Assembly (NCBI GenBank): GCA_964195005.1
Contig: CAXMOO010000089.1
Coordinates: 1 to 56,914, forward strand
Length of the DNA: 56,914 nt
Source of the DNA: an uncultured Gammaproteobacteria bacterium
Lineage (GTDB): Bacteria > Actinomycetota > Acidimicrobiia > Spongiisociales > SHLN01
Direction of reading: 5' to 3'
Positions 1 to 8,273 of this stretch are shown in pieces. The translations under genes and the position numbers were made by a program. Position 1 is the stretch's first letter, and every line of letters begins with the position of its first letter. The notes below the pieces were generated by a model that did not search any database, had not been told where the DNA came from, and saw only the letters and a list, made by a program, of their open reading frames with translations.

Positions 1-177
1 GTGGTGGATGCCGATGACAAGCGCCGGGCCCGGCTCAACTGCATAACTCATCTGTTGAGCGTGATCCCGTACGAGGATGTGACTCGACCGGCCCTCGAGC
101 TCCCACCCCGCGAGGACTCAGGGGCGTATGTGCGCCCGCCCTTGACCGACCAGACCTTCGTGCCCGACAAGTACTGA
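1..177 (+). CDS. C-terminal fragment of an unidentified protein (gene runs off the 5' window edge)
   Basis: Frame +1 is open from position 1 to TGA at 175-177 (...LNCITHLLSVIPYEDVTRPALELPPREDSGAYVRPPLTDQTFVPDKY*). It is absent from the ORF track because it has no start in the window. No family recognised. Confidence 0.3.
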   Translation: MVDADDKRRARLNCITHLLSVIPYEDVTRPALELPPREDSGAYVRPPLTDQTFVPDKY

Positions 178-180
178 CCT

Positions 181-1017
181 CTAGCTGGCGCCTGCAACAA
201 CGGCCGTGACGATGCCTTCTGCCTCTTGGACGATGATGATCGACCCGTCGGCTTGGAACCATGAGGCGGACCGGTCGCCGCCGACGTTGACCTCGGCCGT
301 GGGCGTCCCAAGCTCATTGGTGTATTGCGCGACTACGTCGTCAAATGAGGCGTCGGTCATGAAGGTCACCCCGGACCCCGGACCCACATTGATTGTCTGC
401 ACCTCCACGTTTCCGGGCGGGATCAGCCCGGCCGGGAAGTTGTCCGGAAGGTCGTCCGAGACAACCACTGGAGGCAGAGTGCCATCACTCAACGGCACGG
501 TGCCATCCGGTGCATCCCCGCCGTTGCCGCAATAGTCGTCGATCGCATCGCCCGCAGCCTGGTATTCGGCGGAGTCGAAGGCCAGAATCCGTGGGTCATT
601 CTCGAAGACGTCGAGGTTGTTGAGGACGTCATAGTCAATCTCGTCGAGTACATCGACCAGGTCGCTAAATCCGCCCAACAGAAGATTCACCTCATCTCGG
701 ATTTCACTCGGGGCTGCGTCAGCTGCCTGGTTGGCGACCTGGAGCGTCGTCTGGAAGGCATCTTCGATGCTCTGCGGTGGCAAAGTAAAGGCGCTTCTCA
801 GTGCGTCGCCAAACTCGTCGTCAAAGTCACAAAACTCGGTATTGGCGCCGGGTCCGTTGTCGCCGTTGCTCGAAGTCGTGGTGGTTGTCGTCGCTTGGTC
901 TGAGCCGGACCCCGCACTGGTAGTGGTGGTTGTAGTGGCGTCCCCACTGTCGTCTCCGCCGCCGCCACATGCGGCTGCCACCAGCAACAAGGCTATTCCG
1001 AGAATCAGTTTTTGCAC
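181..1017 (-). CDS. secreted lipoprotein, function unknown
   Basis: 278-aa ORF. The N-terminus MQKLILGIALLLVAAAC has a signal peptide and a lipobox Cys. A Thr/Ser/Gly linker (TTTTTTSAGSGSDQATTTTTTSS) precedes an acidic domain. Confidence 0.7.
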   Translation of the reverse strand: MQKLILGIALLLVAAACGGGGDDSGDATTTTTTSAGSGSDQATTTTTTSSNGDNGPGANTEFCDFDDEFGDALRSAFTLPPQSIEDAFQTTLQVANQAADAAPSEIRDEVNLLLGGFSDLVDVLDEIDYDVLNNLDVFENDPRILAFDSAEYQAAGDAIDDYCGNGGDAPDGTVPLSDGTLPPVVVSDDLPDNFPAGLIPPGNVEVQTINVGPGSGVTFMTDASFDDVVAQYTNELGTPTAEVNVGGDRSASWFQADGSIIIVQEAEGIVTAVVAGAS

Positions 1018-1145
1018 GTAGAGGCCCCCTGAATAGTCGCGATCTTGAGCGCCAAGCTAACTCATTGCGACGAGCGATGTTCCGCTCCAGCTCCGTTTCT
1101 CGCTAGCTACCCAGAGTCACCGCCCTCTCAACCGGGGCGATGAAC

Positions 1146-1646
1146 TCATCTGAGGAGCAGGACTTTCTCGACCGCGTCTTCTCGCTCGACGGTGAAGCCG
1201 CACTTTTCCAACACGCGAAACGAGCCGACGTTGTGGTTGGAGACGTAGGCATGCAGCGGGCGGATGGGAACCAACTCGAGAAACAGGGAAAGAGCTTCGG
1301 TGGCAAAGCCCTTCCCCCAGAAACTCTGGCCAAGCCAGTACCCGACGTTGTGTTGATCGTCTTGTCCCCAGCACACGACGTGGCCCGCTACCTCCCCATC
1401 GAAAACGATGATGCGCTTGATGACCGTTCCATCCTCGAGCACCTTGCGCCAATGAGCCATGTGAGCGTCATGGACCCTGGCAGGAACGTTCGCCATCTCA
1501 ACCGAAACCGGATCCTTCTGGTGATCAAAGAGGACGAGCAAATCGTCTTCGTTTACTTCCCTCAGTGAGACGCGAGTGGTTTCTTCTATCGCCATCTGGT
1601 CATCCCGTTTGGATGGCAACTTCGTAGGCGAGGCTCGCTTCATCAC
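1146..1646 (-). CDS. GNAT family N-acetyltransferase (RimJ/RimL-like)
   Basis: 166-aa ORF containing ...GYWLGQSFWGKGFATEALSLFLE..., typical of the GNAT acetyl-CoA binding region. An alternative start lies at 1595 (MAIEETT). Confidence 0.75.
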   Translation of the reverse strand: MMKRASPTKLPSKRDDQMAIEETTRVSLREVNEDDLLVLFDHQKDPVSVEMANVPARVHDAHMAHWRKVLEDGTVIKRIIVFDGEVAGHVVCWGQDDQHNVGYWLGQSFWGKGFATEALSLFLELVPIRPLHAYVSNHNVGSFRVLEKCGFTVEREDAVEKVLLLR

Positions 1647-1752
1647 CGAAGGCGGTCATCACCAGCCGTAGTTCGATATCGGAACCGGCAGTCAGCCCGG
1701 CGTCTAACGGAGCTTGCCACTCCTGGGCGGACCCGCCCACTGCTGTATGAGG

Positions 1753-2247
1753 TCAGGTGGGCACATACTCGTCGGGAGTGTCAGCCAGCCCACGATTCTC
1801 CGACAAGAAGAAGTTGATCGGACCGGAGCTCGAGACCACGTTGAGGTGATTGTCAAATACCCCACCGGTCGGCACGCCGGGCCGGTCCTCGAAGTCGGAC
1901 CAATCAACGGTGGCGCAGCCCGACAACGGATGGTCGCGATCGCAGGTGTTCTCCGGTCTGCCGACATCGCGGAGCCGCACGACAAGCTCGCCGGTGACGC
2001 CGGCGGCGGCTTCTGGAACCCCTCCGGTCAGGACGAAAGTCTCGTGGAACCCGGGATCTTCGAAGCCATTAGCCGCCGGGATCTGGATCGAACCAGAAAG
2101 CAGGATTACGTCTGTCCCGACCACCCCAGCGGGAGTGGAAGTTGAAGTGGCCAATGAGGTGGCCGAACCTGTCGACGATGCGGTCGAGTCGGCACTGCCG
2201 CAGGCCGCCCCCAAGGAGACAACAACGGTTAGCAGCATCAGGCGCAT
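1753..2247 (-). CDS. secreted lipoprotein, function unknown
   Basis: The ORF track extends to 2541, but that would overlap tam. The internal ATG at 2247 gives MRLMLLTVVVSLGAAC (signal peptide and lipobox) followed by a Ser/Thr linker. Confidence 0.6.
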   Translation of the reverse strand: MRLMLLTVVVSLGAACGSADSTASSTGSATSLATSTSTPAGVVGTDVILLSGSIQIPAANGFEDPGFHETFVLTGGVPEAAAGVTGELVVRLRDVGRPENTCDRDHPLSGCATVDWSDFEDRPGVPTGGVFDNHLNVVSSSGPINFFLSENRGLADTPDEYVPT

Positions 2248-2291
2248 GGAAGTGAGAGTAGTGGGGGTCGGCAAAGCCTGATCCGGGCTGG

Positions 2292-3053
2292 CTAATTGGC
2301 CTGAGCGATCAGGAATAGCCTGCTGAACGGGAGGGTGGTGACGCCATCTTCCCCAGTGGGATAGGCATCGAGGTAGCGAGCCCGACAAGTTTCCGAGAAA
2401 CGATCCTTTTCGGACCCTTCCAATGCCGCCAGCACGGGCCGGAGTACCGAGCCCGTTACCCACGTCCACACCGGTTCGTCCCCCGTCAGCAGTTGGTAGT
2501 ACGTAGTCCGCCACAGGTCGACTCTTGCCGGCTGCAGCCACTGCGCGTACTCGGCTGGTTGGGAGAGGCGATCACGCATCAGTGCCGACCGCGCCTGCTC
2601 CGGCCATTCTTCTTCGTCGAGAACCCGGGCGGGGATGACGTGGGTTGGCGCCTTCCAGTTGTCCGGCATCTGGACGGCCATGGCCCCACCAGGGGCGAGG
2701 TAGGAACGGAGTCGGGGAAACAACGCCGCGTGATCGTGGACCCAATGGAGCACCGCGTTGGAGAAGAGCAAGTCCACCGGCTCCTTCGGCTGCCATGTCC
2801 CAACATCGCCGACGACCCACTCGAGGGATGGGTGGTCGACACGAGCGCGTTCAACCATCTTCTCTGACGAGTCGATCCCCACGATCGACGCTTCGGGCCA
2901 CCGCTCTGCCAGATGGGCCGTGAGATGGCCGGTTCCCGAGCCCAGGTCGACGATGCTGCGGGCGTCGATGTCCGGTATTCGAGATGCGAGCTCCAGGCCC
3001 GGCCGCGTGCGGTGATCGGCGAATCGCAGGTAACGGTCCGGATCCCACGCCAT
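2292..3053 (-). CDS. tam: trans-aconitate 2-methyltransferase
   Basis: 253 aa. MAWDPDRYLRFADHRTRPGLELASRIP...VDLGSGTGHLTAHLAERWPEA...IVGIDSSEKMVERAR...FSNAVLHWV is colinear with Tam-family proteins, including the SAM motif I. Confidence 0.85.
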   Translation of the reverse strand: MAWDPDRYLRFADHRTRPGLELASRIPDIDARSIVDLGSGTGHLTAHLAERWPEASIVGIDSSEKMVERARVDHPSLEWVVGDVGTWQPKEPVDLLFSNAVLHWVHDHAALFPRLRSYLAPGGAMAVQMPDNWKAPTHVIPARVLDEEEWPEQARSALMRDRLSQPAEYAQWLQPARVDLWRTTYYQLLTGDEPVWTWVTGSVLRPVLAALEGSEKDRFSETCRARYLDAYPTGEDGVTTLPFSRLFLIAQAN

Positions 3054-3157
3054 CCGCCGAGCCTAGGTGAGGACCATTCGGTAGATAGCCAATCCGCTCC
3101 GTCCTGCCTGAGTCACCCAGGACCTACGCCGAGCTGAGAGGTCCATTTTGGTTGGCC

Positions 3158-3517
3158 CTAGTTGCTCACCAGTGCGCGGTGTCTAAAGCTGATCTCACCT
3201 GTTTTCACGCCGCTGACGAGGATGAACAGGGCGATGGCCGTCGGGATGAACAAAGCCCAGAAGAAGCCGGCGCCGGGCAGACCAACGCCGACAACAAGAA
3301 GCCAAGCCGCCAGCCGCGGTGCTTTGAGGCGAACAACCAGTCCAGTCCCGGCCACGGCAGCAATTCCAAGGAAGATAAGGCTAAGGCCCGCTCTACCTGC
3401 AAACGTACGAGGCGACCCCTCTCCTTCCTCGAATAAGAACATGAAAGAAAGAACTAAAAGAAGACCCGTCCAGATTGCTACCAGCCACGACCACCATCCT
3501 GTGATTACCGAACCCAT
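3158..3517 (-). CDS. small integral membrane protein (about 4 TM), function unknown
   Basis: The ORF track gives 3158..3697. The ATG at 3517 (MGSVITGWWSWLVAIWTGLLLVL...) removes the overlap with the upstream VOC gene. The sequence is hydrophobic throughout. Confidence 0.5.
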   Translation of the reverse strand: MGSVITGWWSWLVAIWTGLLLVLSFMFLFEEGEGSPRTFAGRAGLSLIFLGIAAVAGTGLVVRLKAPRLAAWLLVVGVGLPGAGFFWALFIPTAIALFILVSGVKTGEISFRHRALVSN

Positions 3518-3644
3518 ACCGAACCTCCCTGGCGTCCTAATTGACAGACGAACTTCGCGCCGATGTGGGTGACATGAAGATCGATCTCGCGTGAGGCATC
3601 CGTAGGCCATCCGTGCCTCACTCGACACCGCTCGTGGGCAAGCC

Positions 3645-4148
3645 TCAGCTAGGGCGAGCCCGTCCGGCGGCGACTCGCCAATGGTGATCGGTGCCATCGG
3701 CTCTATCCATGGCGTCGACAGCGCGGGCCGACTCCTCGCTGGTCAGCTCGCTGACCAGGCAGAACTCGTTGCCGAACGGGTCGGTCATCACCGCCCGGTC
3801 GATTACGGGTGGTTTCCCCGAAAAGGAGCCGGGTCTTGGGTAAATACTCGGCTCCTTCTTGATCGAGCCTCCGATGGCGACAATCTGGTGGACGGCCTCG
3901 TCGACATCGTCAACGGTCAGATCGACATGGTTCCGGTTGGCCTTTGAGCCCTTAGGTCCTTTAACCAGCTGCAGGATCATCTCGTGCTTCCAGGGATCGA
4001 GCCGGCCGAGATATGAGAAGCGGCCGGTGTAGCCACTGGTGATGACCGGGAGTCCAGTGACCTCGGACCAGAAGGCCTCTGCTATCGCCAGGTCTTCGAC
4101 ATCAATGACATGGCAGCGAAGTGTTCCGATTCCCATTCTGTGAATCAC
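3645..4148 (-). CDS. VOC/glyoxalase-bleomycin resistance family protein
   Basis: 167 aa. ...LRCHVIDVEDLAIAEAFWSEVTGL...NHVDLTVDDVDEAVHQIVAIGGSI... matches the VOC beta-alpha-beta-beta-beta pattern. The start is either GTG at 4148 or ATG at 4136. Confidence 0.75.
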   Translation of the reverse strand: MIHRMGIGTLRCHVIDVEDLAIAEAFWSEVTGLPVITSGYTGRFSYLGRLDPWKHEMILQLVKGPKGSKANRNHVDLTVDDVDEAVHQIVAIGGSIKKEPSIYPRPGSFSGKPPVIDRAVMTDPFGNEFCLVSELTSEESARAVDAMDRADGTDHHWRVAAGRARPS

Positions 4149-4154
4149 CTACCT

Positions 4155-4171
4155 TGACACATGGAATCTAC
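4155..4171 (-). promoter_or_regulatory. shared upstream motif (TAGATTCCATGTGTCA on the coding strand) with a -10-like TAGATT about 29 nt before ATG 4136
   Basis: A near-identical 17-mer occurs at 6025..6041, at the same spacing from the cyclase ATG at 6007. Confidence 0.35.
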
Positions 4172-4276
4172 GTTCATAGCGCAAAGGGAGTTTGGTGGCT
4201 AGATCGAACTGATCTGCGTGTTCGGTCGACAGTGCCCGAAAGAGGAGCAGCCCTGGCCTATCAGACCGGCTCCGCC

Positions 4277-6007
4277 TCAGCTTGTGAGAACCCCGGCCGC
4301 TTGCAGATCCGTCTTCCACTGTTCGACCAACGCGGGGTCCTGATATGGATTGCGTTCCAGCCATTCGTCCACCTCCACGGAGGGAAACCGATCGCGGATC
4401 AGTTCGCTGGTTGCTCGGGCTCGCCGATCGAGGCCCAATTCTGTCTGGGCCGCCGCCAGCACCAGCAGTGCCTCAAGATTCTTGGGCTGGTGGGCTAACA
4501 CTGTCTCGGCGATGGAGGCGGCATCCTCATAGCGGCCACCCATGTACAAAGAGCAAGCCTGTACCGTCGGATACCAGGGTTTCGTTACCGGCGTCATCTG
4601 CATCGCTCGACCTAAGAGGTCAACGGCCTTCTCCCATTGGCCCATATATCGACGGACGCTCCCTTCGAGGGCGTATGTGACGTCACAGGTCGGTCGGGTG
4701 ATGTGAGCCGACTCTGCTCTCTCTAGCGCAAGCTCCGCCTTTCCTTCCGACATGAGGATCGCCGCCTCGACCATCTGGCTCAGGCCGGTCGGGTCGCCTG
4801 TTGCCAGGCCCTTTTGGGCGTGAGCGCGCGCTTTCGCCAAGTGAGATTTAGGGTCGCTGCCGAACCTCTCGGCGGCACCCGTCCAGTGGGCAAAGGCAAG
4901 AAGTGCGTGACCGGCAGGCAGATCGGGATGAGTCTCTGCAACTTTGTCGAAGTGCTCGATGGCCCGCTCCCAACCCTCCCGAGTGCCGGAGTTCAGTTGA
5001 TACCAACCTCGATAGATGTGTTCCTGGGCTTCCGGGTCGCCGATTTCGGCGTAAATCCGGGCGGGCTCCCCGACAACCAGCTCAATCTCCAGCAAATGCG
5101 CCACCTCGGTGGCCACATCGTCGGAGAGAGCCGAGAGGGTGGCGGGGGTGGCTTCCCACCGATGTGAGAAAACGACATTGATGGTGGCAACGTCGACGAG
5201 CTTGGCATAAACCCTTATCTGATCGTCAAATTGTTGTATCCCGGTTTCCAGCATGTACTCGACGGGGGTGTCAGCCCTGTTTGGGTGCTGCTCATCGCTG
5301 GCGTCGATGACATTGAGATTTGGCATCCCTGCCAGGTGGTGGATTACGTCTGAGATGAGGAGGGCCCCTGCAGGGCGAAGCGAAGGATCTAGCGACTCGG
5401 TGTGGATGGGCAGAACTGCGACGCTCGGCGACTCCAGAGCGAGCAGTCGTCCTCGGCCGGCCTGCGGATCATCAGTCGGAAGATCGGAGAATTGGTATAC
5501 CTGGACCTGTTCAGGAATGTTCTTGAGGCTTTTCGGCCCCATCGATCGGAAGCGCAGGGCAGGCTCATCGAGGGCGCGGTAAACACTTCCGGAAACGCTC
5601 ACGCCGCCGGGCAACGCTATGGCCTGGATCCTGGCCGCAATGTTGAGTGCGTCGCCGAAGTATTGACCTTCTCCAGAAACCATCACCTCACCATGATCCA
5701 TACCCATCCTGAAACGGACCTGGCGCTGCGTGGGAAGGCCGGCGTTCTTGTCGGCCACAGCCTCGGTCACGGCGATTGCCGCCTGCATGGCCTCAGTTGC
5801 CTCATCGAACGCGGCCATGAAATTGTCTCCGACGAAATTGACTAACGTCCCGCTAGCTGCAACGACTGCTTCGGCGACGAGACTCTGGTAGAGGTCCATG
5901 GCGGCCGTGGTGGCCTGGAAGTCGTCTGCAAGGAGCCTGCTGTACCCGACGACGTCGGCGTTGAGGGCGACCATCTCGCGGACACTGGAGCTTGCTGGGG
6001 CGGTCAT
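4277..6007 (-). CDS. class III adenylate/guanylate cyclase with C-terminal TPR-like domain
   Basis: 576 aa. The N-terminal catalytic domain reads VALNADVVGYSRLLADD...LVNFVGDNFMAAFD...RFRMGMDHGEV...GDALNIAARIQ. The C-terminal half is helical-repeat, TPR-like. Confidence 0.85.
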   Translation of the reverse strand: MTAPASSSVREMVALNADVVGYSRLLADDFQATTAAMDLYQSLVAEAVVAASGTLVNFVGDNFMAAFDEATEAMQAAIAVTEAVADKNAGLPTQRQVRFRMGMDHGEVMVSGEGQYFGDALNIAARIQAIALPGGVSVSGSVYRALDEPALRFRSMGPKSLKNIPEQVQVYQFSDLPTDDPQAGRGRLLALESPSVAVLPIHTESLDPSLRPAGALLISDVIHHLAGMPNLNVIDASDEQHPNRADTPVEYMLETGIQQFDDQIRVYAKLVDVATINVVFSHRWEATPATLSALSDDVATEVAHLLEIELVVGEPARIYAEIGDPEAQEHIYRGWYQLNSGTREGWERAIEHFDKVAETHPDLPAGHALLAFAHWTGAAERFGSDPKSHLAKARAHAQKGLATGDPTGLSQMVEAAILMSEGKAELALERAESAHITRPTCDVTYALEGSVRRYMGQWEKAVDLLGRAMQMTPVTKPWYPTVQACSLYMGGRYEDAASIAETVLAHQPKNLEALLVLAAAQTELGLDRRARATSELIRDRFPSVEVDEWLERNPYQDPALVEQWKTDLQAAGVLTS

Positions 6008-6024
6008 AGGCTTTCCATGTCGGG

Positions 6025-6041
6025 TGACAGATGGAATCTAG
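6025..6041 (-). promoter_or_regulatory. shared upstream motif (TAGATTCCATCTGTCA on the coding strand) with a -10-like TAGATT about 28 nt before ATG 6007
   Basis: It matches 4155..4171 at 15 of 17 positions, with the same orientation and the same distance to the start codon. Confidence 0.35.
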
Positions 6042-6172
6042 CTGCCGGGTTGGCGTTGCCAGCGAGGGCGGCGCTGGATTGCCTCTTTCGAGAGTTCAGG
6101 TGGTAGTCCCGATCGCGGTCTCCTGGTTGTCGTCGAAGGGGGCTGTCCTCTATATGGCGCGATACTGGTCTG

Positions 6173-6565
6173 GTGACAAATCGCAACGTTCTCGCCGGCA
6201 CCCTCGAGCCCTGTGGCACCGATCCTCTCACCGGCTTCTACCGGGATGGTTCGTGCGAGACAGGACCTGAAGATCGGGGCAGTCATACGATCTGCGCGGT
6301 CGTGACGCAAGAGTTTCTCGACCATCAACATCGCATCGGCAACGACCTGTCCACGCCGATGCCCCAGTATCGCTTTCCCGGCCTCCGGCCCGGCGACCGA
6401 TGGTGTGTGACCGCTACCAACTGGCTACGAGCTCACCACGACGGAGTGGCGGCTCCAGTCGTGCTGGCGGCGACCCACGAAGGCGCTCTGGACGTCGTTT
6501 CGTTGGAGGCTCTCCAGGAGCACGCGGTAGATGTTCCTCGTGACCCCGGCTGTCTCGAGGTCTAG
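6173..6565 (+). CDS. DUF2237 family protein
   Basis: 130 aa with a GTG start. NVLAGTLEPCGTDPLTGFYRDGSCETGPEDRGSHTICAVVTQEFLDHQ...GDRWCVTATNWL is the characteristic DUF2237 pattern. Confidence 0.8.
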   Translation: MTNRNVLAGTLEPCGTDPLTGFYRDGSCETGPEDRGSHTICAVVTQEFLDHQHRIGNDLSTPMPQYRFPGLRPGDRWCVTATNWLRAHHDGVAAPVVLAATHEGALDVVSLEALQEHAVDVPRDPGCLEV

Positions 6566-6620
6566 ACGACACGGGGCGCTTCCGCGCTTAGGCTCACGGC
6601 CAATCACGAAAGGAAGCAAC

Positions 6621-7043
6621 ATGGCCCTCGATTCAACCGCAACCGCCCATTGGGAAGGCGACCTGATGTCCGGCGGCGGCACCACCACGCTCACATCCGG
6701 CGCAGGCGGCCCCTTCCCGGTCGACTGGAAGGCTCGCTCAGAAGAGCATGCCGGAAAGACCAGCCCCGAGGAACTGATCGCCGCCGCCCATGCAACCTGT
6801 TTCTCAATGGCGCTCTCCAATGGTCTGGGCCAGGCCGGCACCCCGCCCGATTACCTCGATGTGACGGCGACTGCCACCTTTGTGCCCGGCGAGGGAATCA
6901 CCGCAATGCGTCTTGTTCTATCCGGTGAGGTTCCCGGCCTGAGCGACGAGCAGTTCCGGGAAGCTGCCGCGGACGCCAAGGAGAACTGCCCGGTCTCGCA
7001 GGCTCTAGCCGGGAACGTCCCCATTACGCTCGAGATCAACTGA
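6621..7043 (+). CDS. osmC: OsmC family peroxiredoxin
   Basis: The ATG at 6621 is preceded by GAAAGGAAG. MALDSTATAHWEGDL...SPEELIAAAHATCFSMAL...AKENCPVSQAL carries the two OsmC Cys motifs. Confidence 0.85.
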   Translation: MALDSTATAHWEGDLMSGGGTTTLTSGAGGPFPVDWKARSEEHAGKTSPEELIAAAHATCFSMALSNGLGQAGTPPDYLDVTATATFVPGEGITAMRLVLSGEVPGLSDEQFREAAADAKENCPVSQALAGNVPITLEIN

Positions 7044-7150
7044 ACACCTGAGCCGGCCTTGTCGGATCGGATCTCGGATTGGCCGAGTGGATACCATGCG
7101 GATCGCCTGTCTGGGAGGTCTCACTGAGCCACAGCTCGAAACACGAGGAA

Positions 7151-7948
7151 ATGCTTGGGCAGTTCCGTGACTTCTACAGCGCTGCCGAATCTCCTGCAAT
7201 GCGAGAGCTAGAGCGGCGCGTCCTGGGTGGGGGCTATGGAGGCAACAGCTACACCACAGTGGATCAGGCGGCCGAGCTCGTTCAACTTCTCGAACTTCGT
7301 GATGACCTTGACCTGCTCGACGTCGGGTCGGGCGCCGGTTGGCCTGGACTGTTCCTCGGTCGCGAATCGGGTTGTCGGGTAACTCTGGCGGACATGACGA
7401 TTGAGGGGCCGGGTGTGGCACGCGTCCGGGCCGCCAGCGAAGGTATCAATGCCCGGTCGATCGTGGCTTCGGGTGGGTCGCTCCCGTTCAGAGACAGATG
7501 CTTCGATGCGGTAACCCACTCCGACGTTCTCTGTTGACTGTCAGAAAAGCTCTCCGTGCTGAGGGCGTGCAACCGGGTTCTCAAACCAGGCGGGAGGCTG
7601 GCCTTTTACGTGATTCACTTCCAGCCAGGTCTTTCCCTGCCGCGAAAAGCCTCACTGATCGAAGCACTTCCCGGTGTCGTCGACGCGCCTGCTCCATACC
7701 TAGAACTGATCGAACGGGCAGGTTTCAACAACGTTGCCGAGCGTGACGTAACGCCCGACTATCAAAGGACCGCGGCTATATGGCTGCGTGAGGCTGGAGA
7801 GCTGGAACCAGAGTTGCGGGCCGCGCTCGGCGACCAGGTCTACGAGGATAAGCAGGCCAATCGGCTGAGATCGATGGCGGCGATCGATGCCGGCGATCTC
7901 GGCCGGACGCTGTTTACCGCGACCGCGCCCTCTGCCGAACGCCCCTGA
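7151..7948 (+). CDS. class I SAM-dependent methyltransferase with in-frame TGA (7535-7537): candidate selenoprotein, alternatively a pseudogene
   Basis: ORFs 7079..7537 and 7556..7948 share one frame and are separated only by TGA (...FDAVTHSDVLC-TGA-LSEKLSVLRACNRVLKPGGRLAF...). Motif I (LLDVGSGAGWPG) lies before the TGA and the RVLKPGG motif lies after it. The likely start is ATG 7151, preceded by GAGGAA. Confidence 0.6.
7549..7566 (+). other. candidate bacterial SECIS-like hairpin
   Basis: GCUCUC-CGUGCU-GAGGGC forms a 6-bp stem (one G-U pair) with a 6-nt loop containing G. The stem starts 11 nt after the UGA, so the loop lies about 20-25 nt downstream of it. Confidence 0.35.
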
Positions 7949-8042
7949 TACCTGTGGAGCGGATGGTCGGAACCCTGACAATGTCCACCCGCCCAAGGCC
8001 GGGGGAAGGTTCCTCAATAGAGATACACAGGTGAGATACCAA

Positions 8043-8264
8043 ATGACGCTTTCAGCCCAAAACCCTGCCAATGCTCAGGCCATCGTGTGCTCGGGATGCG
8101 ATGGAGAGCTTGTTGCCACCCAGGTTGATACTCAGCTCTTCGTGCGCCTGCGGGGGGACGACTCAGGGTCCAGGTGGACCACGACCCAGCTAGAAGCGTG
8201 GACGTGCCTCGGCTGCGGCCGCACCGACCTGTATGCCGCCGAGCCCGGCCGGCTCGCCTCCTGA
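8043..8264 (+). CDS. small zinc-ribbon protein
   Basis: 73 aa from the ATG at 8043 (AGGTGAG lies upstream). Two CxxC pairs are present: IVCSGCDGE and WTCLGCGRTD. Confidence 0.5.
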   Translation: MTLSAQNPANAQAIVCSGCDGELVATQVDTQLFVRLRGDDSGSRWTTTQLEAWTCLGCGRTDLYAAEPGRLAS

Positions 8265-8273
8265 ACCCGAGCC

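Noticed and set aside
7079-7150. TTG at 7079 as the methyltransferase start, as given in the ORF track.
   Set aside because: The ATG at 7151 has a GAGGAA ribosome-binding site, and the MTase-like sequence begins after it. The upstream 24 codons (MAEWIPCGSPVWEVSLSHSS...) look non-coding. This does not affect the in-frame TGA observation.
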